A stretch of DNA of 63,481 nucleotides, filler included, from an uncultured Methanosarcinales archaeon (GCA_964566535.1; 4 parts of 4 records of this genome joined end to end with filler, not necessarily neighbours in it); one strand, 5' to 3'. Shown: positions 39,325 to 49,338, counted from the first letter of the whole stretch. The notes: generated from the letters alone by a model not told the origin. Numbers and translations are program-made.

Positions 39325-40065
39325 TTATGTTTGCTTACTAAGTTTTGCAATGTAGTGTTTTTCTTTTCCGGTCCTTATTACACCTATGTCTTCTCTTGCT
39401 TCAATCTCCTCTAATAGACGATAAAATGACGATTTTGAGCACAAACCTTGCTCTTCTACAACCATTTCTTTTAGCTGTAACGCAGGTATTTTTTCGTATT
39501 TTTTGATTAATGAAAGTACAATTGATTTCACATAATCCTTTGAATTTTTTGTAATCCTTTTGATTAATTTTTCTTTTAAATTTGACTTTCTTTGCTCCAA
39601 TTTTTCAAGTCTTTTTTGCATCTCTAGCATCTCATTTGAAGGTTGTGTTGGAGTGATTTGAGATTGAGGTTGGAGGGTGGTTGGAGGTTGAATTTGTGAT
39701 TGTGTTGATGGCTGACCTTGAGCTGCTTGCATCATCCTTCTTTCGATTGAATCTAGCCTTGTGATCATTTCCTCATAAGCGATTGTTTCGTCGATAATTC
39801 GCTTAATATCCTCTTTTTTTGGGAGTATTTGAATCTCACTTTTTAGGTTGGAAATTACCTGATTTTGGCGTGTGATTTGCTGTTGTTGTTGGAAGGTTTG
39901 TTGGTCTTGTTGGAGTGATTTTTGATGGAAATAATTGAGCCATTGGGAGATCATTGCAGTGTCTGATTTTACATTTCCAAATGATGCTTTTAGAAGGTTG
40001 TGGAGCTGGCGAAATCTGGTGTTAATTTCATTTTTTGATGGTCCGAGTATTGTTAATAATCCCAT
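39325..40065 (-). CDS. Coiled-coil protein with a Q/P linker and a C-terminal winged-helix
   Basis: Coiled coils; C-terminus VKSIVLSLIKKY...LQLKEMVV...CSKSSFYRLLEEIE. Confidence 0.75.
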   Translation of the reverse strand: MGLLTILGPSKNEINTRFRQLHNLLKASFGNVKSDTAMISQWLNYFHQKSLQQDQQTFQQQQQITRQNQVISNLKSEIQILPKKEDIKRIIDETIAYEEMITRLDSIERRMMQAAQGQPSTQSQIQPPTTLQPQSQITPTQPSNEMLEMQKRLEKLEQRKSNLKEKLIKRITKNSKDYVKSIVLSLIKKYEKIPALQLKEMVVEEQGLCSKSSFYRLLEEIEAREDIGVIRTGKEKHYIAKLSKQT

Positions 40066-40100
40066 TTTTTGTTTGTTTTTTGCCCCATTTCATACACTAT

Positions 40101-40337
40101 AGTCCCAACTATAAAAACATATCGTTTTTTGGGAATGTGTTGGGAACGTTTTGGGACTATTATGGGACTGCTTATAGACGAAAGATTTAAATATATGGGA
40201 ATATAATGGGACTATATTGGGAATGTTTTGGGAATGAGTGGGACTATGGGAAAAATAGTCAAACCTTACCATCCCCAATGAGTAGGTTTTTATTGTACTC
40301 ATTCCCATTCTCAATACTTTGGGACTGTGTTGGGAAT
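40101..40337. repeat. Helically phased array of TGGGA(A/C) boxes
   Basis: Forward boxes start at 40130, 40141, 40152, 40163, 40196, 40207, 40218, 40229 (all in 11-bp register), then 40239, 40247, 40320, 40331. Reverse boxes at 40101 and 40301. Confidence 0.9.
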
Positions 40338-40519
40338 GAAAAATTGTTTTGCAAAAGTTTAAATAAATTGGCGGAAATCATAATAAAAAATTGCTTGAAA
40401 AGCCTGGGTTTTTGATCTAAATTGAGTAAGGGTTTTTTGGGTAAAACCAGGGTCTATTTTGGCCTAAATTGAGTGTATATGGAAGTGAGAGTTAAGGTGT
40501 GGTTAACAGGCTATAAGGC

Positions 40520-40597
40520 TTGAATATTGGCTTTATAGTGGTTGTAGATGGATAATGGGTTTAGAAGGCTTGTAAGCTTTGAATATTGGCTTTATAG
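40520..40597 (+). repeat. 19-bp direct repeat TTGAATATTGGCTTTATAG x2
   Basis: Exact copies at 40520-40538 and 40579-40597. Confidence 0.8.
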
Positions 40598-40615
40598 GCG
40601 TTTTAGGGGTTAAAA

Positions 40616-41266
40616 ATGGCAAAAAGTGAGAGTTCATTTATGGGAAAATCAAGGTTAGGGATAGTACTTTCAGGGCTAAAAGGCTTTTCTAACCCTAAAG
40701 TGAGTGCTGAACAGTATGAAACTGACTCAGAAGTGGGTTCTATGGTGATTTGGCAGGCTAAGATGCTCGGTGACATGGGAAAAGTGAGTGTTGATATGGG
40801 GTGTGGAACAGGGATCTTGGGTATAGGTGGGTTGTTGGTGGGAGGAGGTAAAATGTACTTTGTGGAAAGTGATGGTTCGGCGTTGGACATTGCCAAGGAG
40901 AATTGGGCTAAAGTGGAAAGTGAGTATAAGGTCGAGGGGGAGGCAGTTTTCTTACATAAGGACATTAAGGACTTTGATAAGAAGGTAGATGTTGTTTTAC
41001 AGAATCCTCCCTTCGGAACTAAAGTGAGACATAGTGACAAAAAGTTCCTTGAAAAGGCTATCAAGATAGGTAAAGTGATATATAGCTTCCATAAAACGGA
41101 GACTGAAAAATTTATTAGGAAGTATTGTGAAGGGAAGGGGTGCAAAGTGACCCATGTTTGGAGATTTAGCTTTCCTTTGAAGGCTAAATATGCGTTTCAC
41201 CGACGAGGAATTCATCGGATCAATGTTAGTTGTTTTCGAATCTCGACGACAAATGAAAAAAAATGA
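40616..41266 (+). CDS. METTL5-family RNA N6-adenine methyltransferase
   Basis: PKVSAEQYET, DMGCGTGILG, VLQNPPFGT, IYSFH, FH. Confidence 0.9.
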   Translation: MAKSESSFMGKSRLGIVLSGLKGFSNPKVSAEQYETDSEVGSMVIWQAKMLGDMGKVSVDMGCGTGILGIGGLLVGGGKMYFVESDGSALDIAKENWAKVESEYKVEGEAVFLHKDIKDFDKKVDVVLQNPPFGTKVRHSDKKFLEKAIKIGKVIYSFHKTETEKFIRKYCEGKGCKVTHVWRFSFPLKAKYAFHRRGIHRINVSCFRISTTNEKK

Positions 41267-41357
41267 AAAAAATATTGAGAAAAATTCTGGAAATGTTTTT
41301 AGTCCCAGCTCATTCCCAGCTGGGAATGATGGTGGGAATGATGTTTTTGTCGTCGAG
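41242..41357. repeat. Symmetric element: 12-bp inverted repeats enclosing four TGGGA boxes in dyad
   Basis: CTCGACGACAAA (41242) / TTTGTCGTCGAG (41346). Reverse boxes at 41301 and 41312, forward boxes at 41321 and 41333; core palindrome CATTCCCAGCTGGGAATG. Confidence 0.8.
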
Positions 41358-41418
41358 GAATTGTGTTTTTGTTGGAAAATAGATAACTATATAAATTAAT
41401 GAAAAACCCTAAGTTAAA

Positions 41419-41691
41419 ATGGAAATAAAACTAATTGAAGAGAAGAAAAACAGACTTGTTTTTGAGCTAGATGCTAGCCATGGCTTTTGTAATGTGCTTA
41501 AAGATGAACTATGGAATGATAGTAAAGTTAAGACTGCAACATATGCTGTTGATCACCCGCTTGTTAGCAAGCCTAGAATGATTGTTGAAACTAATGATTC
41601 CGATCCTAAGAAAGCTCTTGCTGAAGCTGCTTCTCGTGTTAAGAAAAAGACTGAGAAGTTTGGTTCAGAGTTTGCTAAAGAAGTTAAATAA
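41419..41691 (+). CDS. rpoL: DNA-directed RNA polymerase subunit L (Rpo11)
   Basis: SHGFCNVLKDEL, ATYAVDHPLVSKPRMIVET...PKKAL. Confidence 0.92.
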   Translation: MEIKLIEEKKNRLVFELDASHGFCNVLKDELWNDSKVKTATYAVDHPLVSKPRMIVETNDSDPKKALAEAASRVKKKTEKFGSEFAKEVK

Positions 41692-41749
41692 TTTTTTTGA
41701 ATTTTAAAATCAATATCATTAATATCTATACTAAAAAAAAGGTGGTCAT

Positions 41750-42343
41750 ATGTTTACCTTAGAGCAGGGTAAGGAACTAATTAAACTGGCACGGGATTCT
41801 ATTGAAGGTTTTTTCTCTAGTAAGAATCCTGTTGTTGGTGATAATATTAAAAAATTATTTTCTGATAAGATGGGTGTATTTGTAACGCTAAATCTTGGAG
41901 GGGAGCTACGAGGGTGTATTGGTATTGTGGAGCCGACGAAGACGTTGTATGATGGAATTATTAGTGCTGCACGGAGTGCTGCTTTTTCTGATCCCAGATT
42001 TCCTAAGTTAAGTATAGAAGAGTTTGCTAAGCTTGCTATTGAGGTGTCTATATTGACTAGACCTAAACTTATGGAGGTCAGGAATCCTCTGGACCTTGTT
42101 AATAATGTACATGTTGGTAAGGATGGGTTGATGATAGTAGGGACGTTTCATCAAGGATTGTTGTTGCCACAGGTTGCTGTAGAGCATCATTGGGATGCTA
42201 CTATGTTCCTTGATCAGACGTGTGTTAAGGCTGGACTTCCTGCTGGGACGTGGAAGGATTTCAATGCTTGCAGGGTGTATAAGTTCCAAGGACAGGTGTT
42301 TTCGGAGAAAAGTCCTAATGGGGAAGTTGTGCAACTGTTATAG
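41750..42343 (+). CDS. AMMECR1-domain protein
   Basis: GVFVTL...LRGCIG, AAFSDPRF, EVSILT, GLLLPQVA, CVKAGL. Confidence 0.93.
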   Translation: MFTLEQGKELIKLARDSIEGFFSSKNPVVGDNIKKLFSDKMGVFVTLNLGGELRGCIGIVEPTKTLYDGIISAARSAAFSDPRFPKLSIEEFAKLAIEVSILTRPKLMEVRNPLDLVNNVHVGKDGLMIVGTFHQGLLLPQVAVEHHWDATMFLDQTCVKAGLPAGTWKDFNACRVYKFQGQVFSEKSPNGEVVQLL

Positions 42344-42508
42344 TAAAGTGTATATTAATCTAGTGGTTTGTTTTTCTGAATTTGAGGGTTATAGGGGCTG
42401 TATGGCTGTAATCTGATGGAAAAACTTATAAACATTATGGTGCCTATATTTAGTTTTGTAGATGTATTTTATATTCATTTTAATCCAAAAGGAGCTTAAT
42501 GATTTAAA

Positions 42509-42976
42509 ATGAACTCAAATAACATATTAAAAACAGGTGTCTTAGATAAGGCACTGGCTGTTTTAAATTCAAAACGTCAGAAAAACCATAATGGTAAAGT
42601 ACACGACGAAGTAAGGGATTATTTTATTGATAACCTGCACATTATAAAAGAAGGACTGAAGTTTTTAGAGAAAGAGTTGAGAGTAGTTGGAGGAGATGTC
42701 GATATTGTAGCAAAAGATGATAAAAATTTCTACCTTATTGAGGTAAAGACTCAATTATCCAGATATAATATTCGGGGTAATCAAAATGCAATAGCTCAAC
42801 TACTAAAGCAAAAGAAAGGTCTTGAACGCATGGTATCAATGTTCACAAATAAGAAGTTACACCTTAAGCTGATATTTATTAAGTATGAGAGGGATACAAA
42901 AAGGATACAAGTGAATTTTGTTAATGGACATGGTAAGGTAGAGAGGTCAGTTAGGTTTAATTTAAGGGTTGATTAA
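42509..42976 (+). CDS. PD-(D/E)XK nuclease-family protein (resembles the NucS C-terminal domain)
   Basis: LEKELRVVGGDVDIVAKD..FYLIEVKT...AIAQLL. Confidence 0.7.
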   Translation: MNSNNILKTGVLDKALAVLNSKRQKNHNGKVHDEVRDYFIDNLHIIKEGLKFLEKELRVVGGDVDIVAKDDKNFYLIEVKTQLSRYNIRGNQNAIAQLLKQKKGLERMVSMFTNKKLHLKLIFIKYERDTKRIQVNFVNGHGKVERSVRFNLRVD

Positions 42977-43556
42977 TTTGGTTTACATCAGAATAAAGAG
43001 ATTTAAAAGAAAAAATGGAGAAAAAGTAGAATTTGCTTACTTTGTAGAGAATAAATGGAGGAAAAGGGTTAAGTCTGGTAAGATAGGTGCAAGACAGAAA
43101 GTAAAAGGCTATCTTGGTAGGGTCTTTAGGGTTGATAGAGTAAATGAGAAAGGGTTTTTTGATCATTATGGGATTGATGTCGAGGGGAGTGATGGTGATA
43201 ATGGTGTTAAGAAGTATTTGAGGGGGAAGAGTAGGGAGGAGATTGTTTCTGACTTGATTAAGTTAGAGTTGTTTAATCATGGTTTTAAGGAGGAAGTTAG
43301 AGGTAGGTTTATGGTTAATGGAGATATGAAGTTTGATGTTAGGGGAAAGTGGGTTAGTCATGGAAGTAATGGTAATGTTGCTTTGGCTATGAATGAAGGT
43401 TATCTTTGTAGGTATTTGGTTAAGAGGTTGGGGAGTGGGTTTTTTGGTGGGAATGAGAAAGAGGTTGGCTATAAGTTAGCTAAGGCTTTTGTTGAAGCTG
43501 GGCTTAAGGTTCCTAAAGAGATATTTGTTGGAGTGTATGAGAAGGTTGTTAAGTGA
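42969..43556 (+). CDS. Hypothetical basic protein
   Basis: YIRIKRFK...FAYFVENKW...RQKVKGYLG N-terminus; start may be TTG 42978. Confidence 0.7.
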   Translation: MINLVYIRIKRFKRKNGEKVEFAYFVENKWRKRVKSGKIGARQKVKGYLGRVFRVDRVNEKGFFDHYGIDVEGSDGDNGVKKYLRGKSREEIVSDLIKLELFNHGFKEEVRGRFMVNGDMKFDVRGKWVSHGSNGNVALAMNEGYLCRYLVKRLGSGFFGGNEKEVGYKLAKAFVEAGLKVPKEIFVGVYEKVVK

Positions 43557-43583
43557 ATTTGTTTATTTGAGGGTTTTTTAGAA

Positions 43584-43943
43584 TTATCTCTTTACGTCGA
43601 ACTTTACTAAGTTAGTGGTGCAATGGGTTGGGTCTGTGGGCCAATTAAATGATTCTAATTTAATGTCTAGGGCTATCTTATGCTTTCCTTTGCAGTAATC
43701 TTCTGGAAGTCCGCCGAATTCTATTGAGTCCATCGTTCCTACGAATTCATCATCTATGTAAACGTCCCCTTGTAAGTATTGGTCTCCATCTATGAAGCTG
43801 ACTTTTGGAGGGTATGGGTTCATAACAAGGTCTGCTGCAAGTATTAGAAATATGAAGATTAGGAATGTTATGATTAGGAATAGTTTTCTTTTTTTGTCTT
43901 GGTAATATTCAGGTATTTTGGTTAGGTCTGGTGCTTTATTCAT
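43584..43943 (-). CDS. Single-TM anchored protein
   Basis: TM segment followed by a short beta domain (GDVYIDDEFVG). Confidence 0.65.
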   Translation of the reverse strand: MNKAPDLTKIPEYYQDKKRKLFLIITFLIFIFLILAADLVMNPYPPKVSFIDGDQYLQGDVYIDDEFVGTMDSIEFGGLPEDYCKGKHKIALDIKLESFNWPTDPTHCTTNLVKFDVKR

Positions 43944-44269
43944 CTTTTGACTGCCTTGTTTAGTATATCTTGGCGCTTTTTCTTTTTTTCTGCTAATCTT
44001 TTTGCTTTAGATGCTTTGTTTAATGGTCTAACTGCCCCGATTGGTTTTCTTCTGTATCTTGCCCTTGTAACCCCCCTAATTGGAGCGTAAGGTGATGGTG
44101 GAGTTCTTGTTGGTAGAATTGTTTCTTTTTTTGGTATGAAGTAGTAGATTATTGCAACTACAACTGTTAGAAATAAAGCTAGGAAAAAGAATTTGATGAA
44201 GTTGAAGAAGAATCTAGATGCAACTCTTTGGATGAAATAAGTGAATGATACTGGTATTGCTAATAACAT
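43940..44269 (-). CDS. Small membrane protein with a basic tail
   Basis: Hydrophobic N-terminus, R/K-rich C-terminus; ATGA overlap with the next gene. Confidence 0.65.
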   Translation of the reverse strand: MLLAIPVSFTYFIQRVASRFFFNFIKFFFLALFLTVVVAIIYYFIPKKETILPTRTPPSPYAPIRGVTRARYRRKPIGAVRPLNKASKAKRLAEKKKKRQDILNKAVKR

Positions 44270-44282
44270 TTTTTGTTAGGGT

Positions 44283-46091
44283 TTATGGTAAGGCATTAGA
44301 TGGGATTGTTTCTATGTAGGCTTCATCGAATGCGTTTTTTGGTGGTCCGCTTATGTCGTTTGCTGATAATGCTTTTGTTGTTATTGTTGGTGAGACTGTA
44401 AATGTAATTGCGTTAATTTCTGCCTTTAGAGTATCTGTGTCTGCGCTTTCTATTACGTGTAGAGTTATTGTTCCACCATCAAGATGGTCTTTTAGGGTAG
44501 TGTGGGTGCTGATGCCCACTTCTTCATTATCGAAGATTAATGGAGCGTTGAATGAGGTTGCGTATAATGCTGCCATTAGCATGGTGTCTTTGTCTTCAGC
44601 AGGGTCTACAACTACTATATCTTCAAATGTTGTCCAGTATTTGTAATAATCTGATGGTAGCCCGTCTTCTAGGTCAGCTACTCCGAACTTTTTTATGATT
44701 TTGCCTTCTTCTGCAGGTGTTAACGTGCCATCATATACTACGAATGGCTTTTCTTTTCTTCCGCTTTCGTCAGTATATAATGCTAGAGGTATTAACTTTA
44801 GAATGTCTTTTTTATCTTCTGTTTTTGATATAACGAAGACTTTATCATCTACTTTTGTACTATCTTTTGCATTATCCACATTTATTATTACAACTTGGAC
44901 TTCTTTTGTGCCCTGATTGTTGTCGTTGTCTGTAACTGTAAGCTTTACAGTGTATGTGCCCATATCGTCGTATGAAACTTTAGGTTTTGTATCTTCATCA
45001 TCTGTTGATGCCTTAAATGTTACATCTCCACCAAAATCCCATTCGTATGATAGGGGTGGTGCATTGTTATTATCTACACTGTCAGATGCGTCGAATTCAA
45101 TCTCTGCTGACTTGTCAAAGATATATGGTTCTGAAGCTCCAGTTATCTTAATTATTGCTGTTGGTGGACGTGGTCCGAAGATGGCGTATGAAGTTGTTGG
45201 ATCGAAGTCATCTCCTTGCTTAGTTATTGTTCTTTTGTTTTGGTTTGGTGCGGGTTCGCCTGGGACTTTTTCCCATTTGTTGCTGATGTAATAATTCATC
45301 AGTATATTTGAAGATGATGCCCCTGTTGGAAGCATTTGAGGATAGTATTTTATGGTTAATGTGATTTCTTTATTGAATTCTGTTCCTATTGGAGTTATGT
45401 TGTAGGCCTCAGAAATGATTCCTTCGTTATCTACGCCTTCTGGTGGGGGGGTTGCAACTAAGCATACTTCTGTTTCAGTTCCAGGAGGTGGTGCTGGTGT
45501 GATGGTTGTGTCCTTGGGTATTGTTAATGTTGCGTCATGTGCTACTAAGGTAGTTACTCCTGCTGTTGGAGTTGCATCGAATGTTTTACATTGATTGTCT
45601 CTGACTATTAAACCGCATCTTCCTTTCCCTTCTATGAATAAGTTTAGTAGGTTTTGAGTTACATCCATGCAAGCATGGTATGGGTAGTTAGCAAAACAGA
45701 TATCCCCGCCATACATTGATTCTTCTACATGGTCATCTTTTATCAGGAAAACGTTTTTTCTGAATCCTCCTTCAATTGAGCTTTTCATAGCTGGGAAACG
45801 GCCAATTGTTGGTGAGGCTAATACGTCTTCTCTCTTACTTAGGTCTGCAATGCAAACTTCTGTTATGTCTGGTGGGAGTTTTAGATTTGTCTCTTGGACT
45901 GAGCCGTATTCTATTGATGCTACTGATTCTCTTAGATCTACGCCAAACTGCTTAACTAAGATTTCGTTTTGTCTTTGGTTAAAGTCGGAGATTGCTTTTA
46001 TTCCCCAGATTAGGAAGATGAAGATTAAGATACCTACGATTACGTAAGTTAATACATTTGATTGTAGCTGTGCTTTTCTTGTTTTTATCAT
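44283..46091 (-). CDS. Pilin-like (KAQ class III signal-like) surface protein with a PKD domain
   Basis: MIKTRKAQ followed by a hydrophobic helix; FDASDSVD...YEWDFG...GTYTVKLTVTD PKD motif. Confidence 0.75.
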   Translation of the reverse strand: MIKTRKAQLQSNVLTYVIVGILIFIFLIWGIKAISDFNQRQNEILVKQFGVDLRESVASIEYGSVQETNLKLPPDITEVCIADLSKREDVLASPTIGRFPAMKSSIEGGFRKNVFLIKDDHVEESMYGGDICFANYPYHACMDVTQNLLNLFIEGKGRCGLIVRDNQCKTFDATPTAGVTTLVAHDATLTIPKDTTITPAPPPGTETEVCLVATPPPEGVDNEGIISEAYNITPIGTEFNKEITLTIKYYPQMLPTGASSSNILMNYYISNKWEKVPGEPAPNQNKRTITKQGDDFDPTTSYAIFGPRPPTAIIKITGASEPYIFDKSAEIEFDASDSVDNNNAPPLSYEWDFGGDVTFKASTDDEDTKPKVSYDDMGTYTVKLTVTDNDNNQGTKEVQVVIINVDNAKDSTKVDDKVFVISKTEDKKDILKLIPLALYTDESGRKEKPFVVYDGTLTPAEEGKIIKKFGVADLEDGLPSDYYKYWTTFEDIVVVDPAEDKDTMLMAALYATSFNAPLIFDNEEVGISTHTTLKDHLDGGTITLHVIESADTDTLKAEINAITFTVSPTITTKALSANDISGPPKNAFDEAYIETIPSNALP

Positions 46092-49000
46092 TTTGTTGTG
46101 TATATATGGAAAAATGTTACAGGTGAAGGTGTTGATTCATACCATTTTTCCTCATAACATGTGTCTTTATTTGTGTATAGGCTATTGTATGTGTCTGATG
46201 TGTATAACCAGATTTCGTCATTATTATTACCGCAGCATTTAGTTTGGTCGGTATATTCTGATGTTGCTGCTACGGAATTTGCCCAACAGCCAACCTCTGA
46301 GTCTTCGCATGTTGCTTGTGTTGCTGCTGGGTTTACATACTCACAATAAGCTTGGCTTGTATCTGCGTCCCCTACTGTTATTTGAAGTGCTTTTTCTCCA
46401 GTTTGGCCGTCTTCGTTGTAAGAGAATACTAAATTTAGGGAGCCTTCTTTGTTTCCCGTTATTATGAATTCTGATGTTGATTCATCATAAGTTATTGTTA
46501 TTAGGTCTGAGTCTTGCGGATAGGTTAAGGAGGCAATTCCTGACTCTCCTGCTCCTGTTGTTGATGTTCCGTCTGTAAAGTAAAGGGTAATTGAGAATCT
46601 TGCTGTTCCGTCTTTGATAAGCTCTAATGTAGTTAGGTCAACGTCTCCTTGATGTATTGCGAAAGAGGAAACCCCTCTTTGGTCTGTAACTTCTAATACT
46701 GAGGAATCTGTTACTGTTGTTCCTGATTCGGTGAATGATGCAGTTATTGTTGTGAAACCGAAGTCAGTTCCAGGGGTTGCTATGTTTCTATCGGCTGTTG
46801 CTTGGCCCCCCATGTCAGCTACATCTGTGTTTGTTGATTGGTATGTTGCTGTATCAGTTACCTCGGCTGTTGATAGGTCTGAATAGTGAGCAATGACTGA
46901 GTAGGACTGGGTAATTCCAGGGTTTACTGCTGATGTATCTGGAGTCATTATGATGTGGGAGAGGACCGTTGCATCTTCTGGAGATACTGTTAATGTAGAG
47001 GTTGCTGTTTTTTGGTCTGTTTCGGGATAAGTTATAGTTATTGTGGCAGTTCCTTCTGCATTTGCATTAACTATGTTCTTTTCTCCTGTGGCTAATGACA
47101 TTGAAGCTACTGCTTCGTTTTGAGAATCGTACCAAGTATGACTATGGGTGGAGATTTCTTCTATATCTCCGTTTGAGAAATGGGCTTTTGTTGAATATGT
47201 TAATGTGCTGTCCACATTTAAGGTGTGGGATAGAGGTTCTACTGATATGTGGGAGAATGTTTTTGTGTGTGAGACAGTTAATGTTGTTGATGTTTGTTTA
47301 CTATTGTAGTTGGCGAAGATATTCACTTGTGCCCCATCTGCTGCTTCGTTTTTTACTGTGACTGCTAGTCCGTCTATTACAGCGTTGGTATTGTCTGTAA
47401 TAATTTCGTCTGCTGAAAATGAAAGAGTAGCTTCTTGAGTTACGTCTGTTTCAGTATCTTGTAATTTATAACGGACTTGGAATGATTGAGTATAGCCTGG
47501 TTGTCTTTTTGGATTTGTTGGGAGGATAGCTAGTTCATCAACTGTTGTGCAAATTGAAGTAGATGGGTTCCAGACGCAGGATTGTAGGGTGCAATCGTCT
47601 CTTGTACATGCTATTTCAGTTTGAGCGTAATCTTCGCAGCTAGTTATTGTATCATCACACGTTCTGCAATAATCTATTCCGCTTCCTTTAAAGTAACAGG
47701 CTCCTTGACCTTGGCATTCAGTCATGCAATTATCATATGTACAACCACCTAAGAAAGATAGAACTCCATCACAATCTTCACATGAAGTACAAGAAGTTAA
47801 GGGAACTTGGCATGTTAGGTCAATACAATTCAATTGAGTTCCAGCATCATTAGTTCCGCAAGGATCTTGTTGACCGAAGCAATCTTCGCATCCGCATCCT
47901 TCATTTTCGCCTGTTTCGCAAATTTCATTGTGATTACATACTGGAGTGGTATCGCCAGGAGTTGAGTCGCTATCATCTGGGTCTGAGCCGGCAATTAGTT
48001 CTTCCCCGTCTGAGAAGCCGTCTCCGTCTGNNNNNNNNNNNNNNNNNNNNNNNNNNNNNNNNNNNNNNNNNNNNNNNNNNNNNNNNNNNNNNNNNNNNNN
48101 NNNNNNNNNNNNNNNNNNNNNNNNNNNNNNTCTGGGTCTGAGCCGGCAATTAGTTCTTCCCCGTCTGAGAAGCCGTCTCCGTCTGTGTCTACTAATTCTG
48201 GGTCTGAACCTCTTGCTTCTTCAATATCATCACTTATTCCATCTCCATCTGTGTCAGTAAGTGAAGGTGTTGATTCTGGATTATCTGGGTTTGAGCCATG
48301 AGTTGTTTCGTATGCGTCTGAGAAGCCGTCTCCGTCTGTGTCAGTGCCATCTGGGTGAGAATCTTCCTCGTTTGGATCTGTTTCTGCTGCTAATTCTTCT
48401 CCGTCTGAGAAGCCGTCTCCGTCTGAGTCTGCATCAAATGGGTCGGTGCCCCACATTAATTCTAAGATATCAGAAATTCCATCTCCGTCTGAGTCTGTAT
48501 CATCTGGTGTTGAGTCTTCATCAGTAGGGTCTGAGCCTGCTGCTACTTCAAGACCGTCTGAGAAGCCGTCTTCGTCTGAGTCAACTTCATCTGGATCTGT
48601 CTCTCCTGGATCCACTATTCCATTTCCATTTCTGTCCTCTAGGACATCACTTAAACCATCACCGTCTGTGTCTGTATCATCTGGTGTTGATGTATCATCG
48701 TCTGGGTCTGAGCCATGAGTAATTTCGAAATCGTCTGAGAAGCCGTCTCCATCTTTATCTGGATTGTCTGGGTCTGGGTCACCATCGTTAGGTATGCCAT
48801 CCCCATCATTATCGTTGGGGTCAATGTCACATCCTTCTAATGTATCACAGCAGCTATTGCAAGATGTTAGATCTTCCCCACAACCATCTGCTGCGGAAGT
48901 ACAGCATTTGACAGATGTAGATGATGGTGGGATGGTTGATACGCATGATTCACCGTCAGTTTCAATACAGGCTGAATCATCAGCTATCCATTCGTAAGTG

Positions 49001-49338
49001 CTGGTTCCAGCATTGTATGTACATTCTAAACATGAATCCCCCATTCCTTCAGCAGAATAGTAATTATTTCCATCTTGGCAATAATGGGCACCTTCTGCAT
49101 CTACACAACCATCAGTTCCTATTTGTTTACATTCATTTTCTGGGAGATCACAATCTTCTGCAGTAGGATCATCGCAACAAATGTTACCGGGATCATTACA
49201 GCAATATTCGAATTCAGAGAAGCAACCGCCTGAACAACAAACAGCAGTTACTATATTAATTGTGAATAGAGTTATAGCTAGTGTTAAGATTAGTAAAATT
49301 GTCAGTTTAAGTGATTTATTTGTTGTGATATCTATCAA
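46088..49338 (-). CDS. Large secreted protein: Cys-rich regions, Ca-binding DxDGDG (TSP3-like) repeats and Ig-like (Big2) domains; spans an N gap
   Basis: Signal peptide and about 10 DTDGDG.SD..E...GSDP repeats. The reading frame continues from 48030 into ORF 46088-47833 (translated by hand). Confidence 0.8.
48031..48130. other. Scaffold gap (100 N) with identical 55-bp flanks
   Basis: 47976-48030 is identical to 48131-48185, typical of a k-mer overlap at a collapsed repeat. Confidence 0.9.

Noticed and set aside
40101..40337. CRISPR array, or coding ORFs 40090-40314 and 40206-40415
   Set aside because: The units are 7-bp boxes with 4-bp gaps, not 25-40-bp repeats with unique spacers; there are no cas genes; the ORFs look like by-products of the repeats.
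47976..48185. 55-bp exact direct repeat, and apparent split into ORFs 46088-47833 and 47995-49338
   Set aside because: The copies flank a 100-N gap exactly, which indicates an assembler overlap inside one repeat-rich gene.
49200..49338. Lipobox (Lgt substrate) in ...IVTAVCC
   Set aside because: Val at -1 does not fit [GAS]-C; signal peptidase I cleavage after VTA is more plausible.
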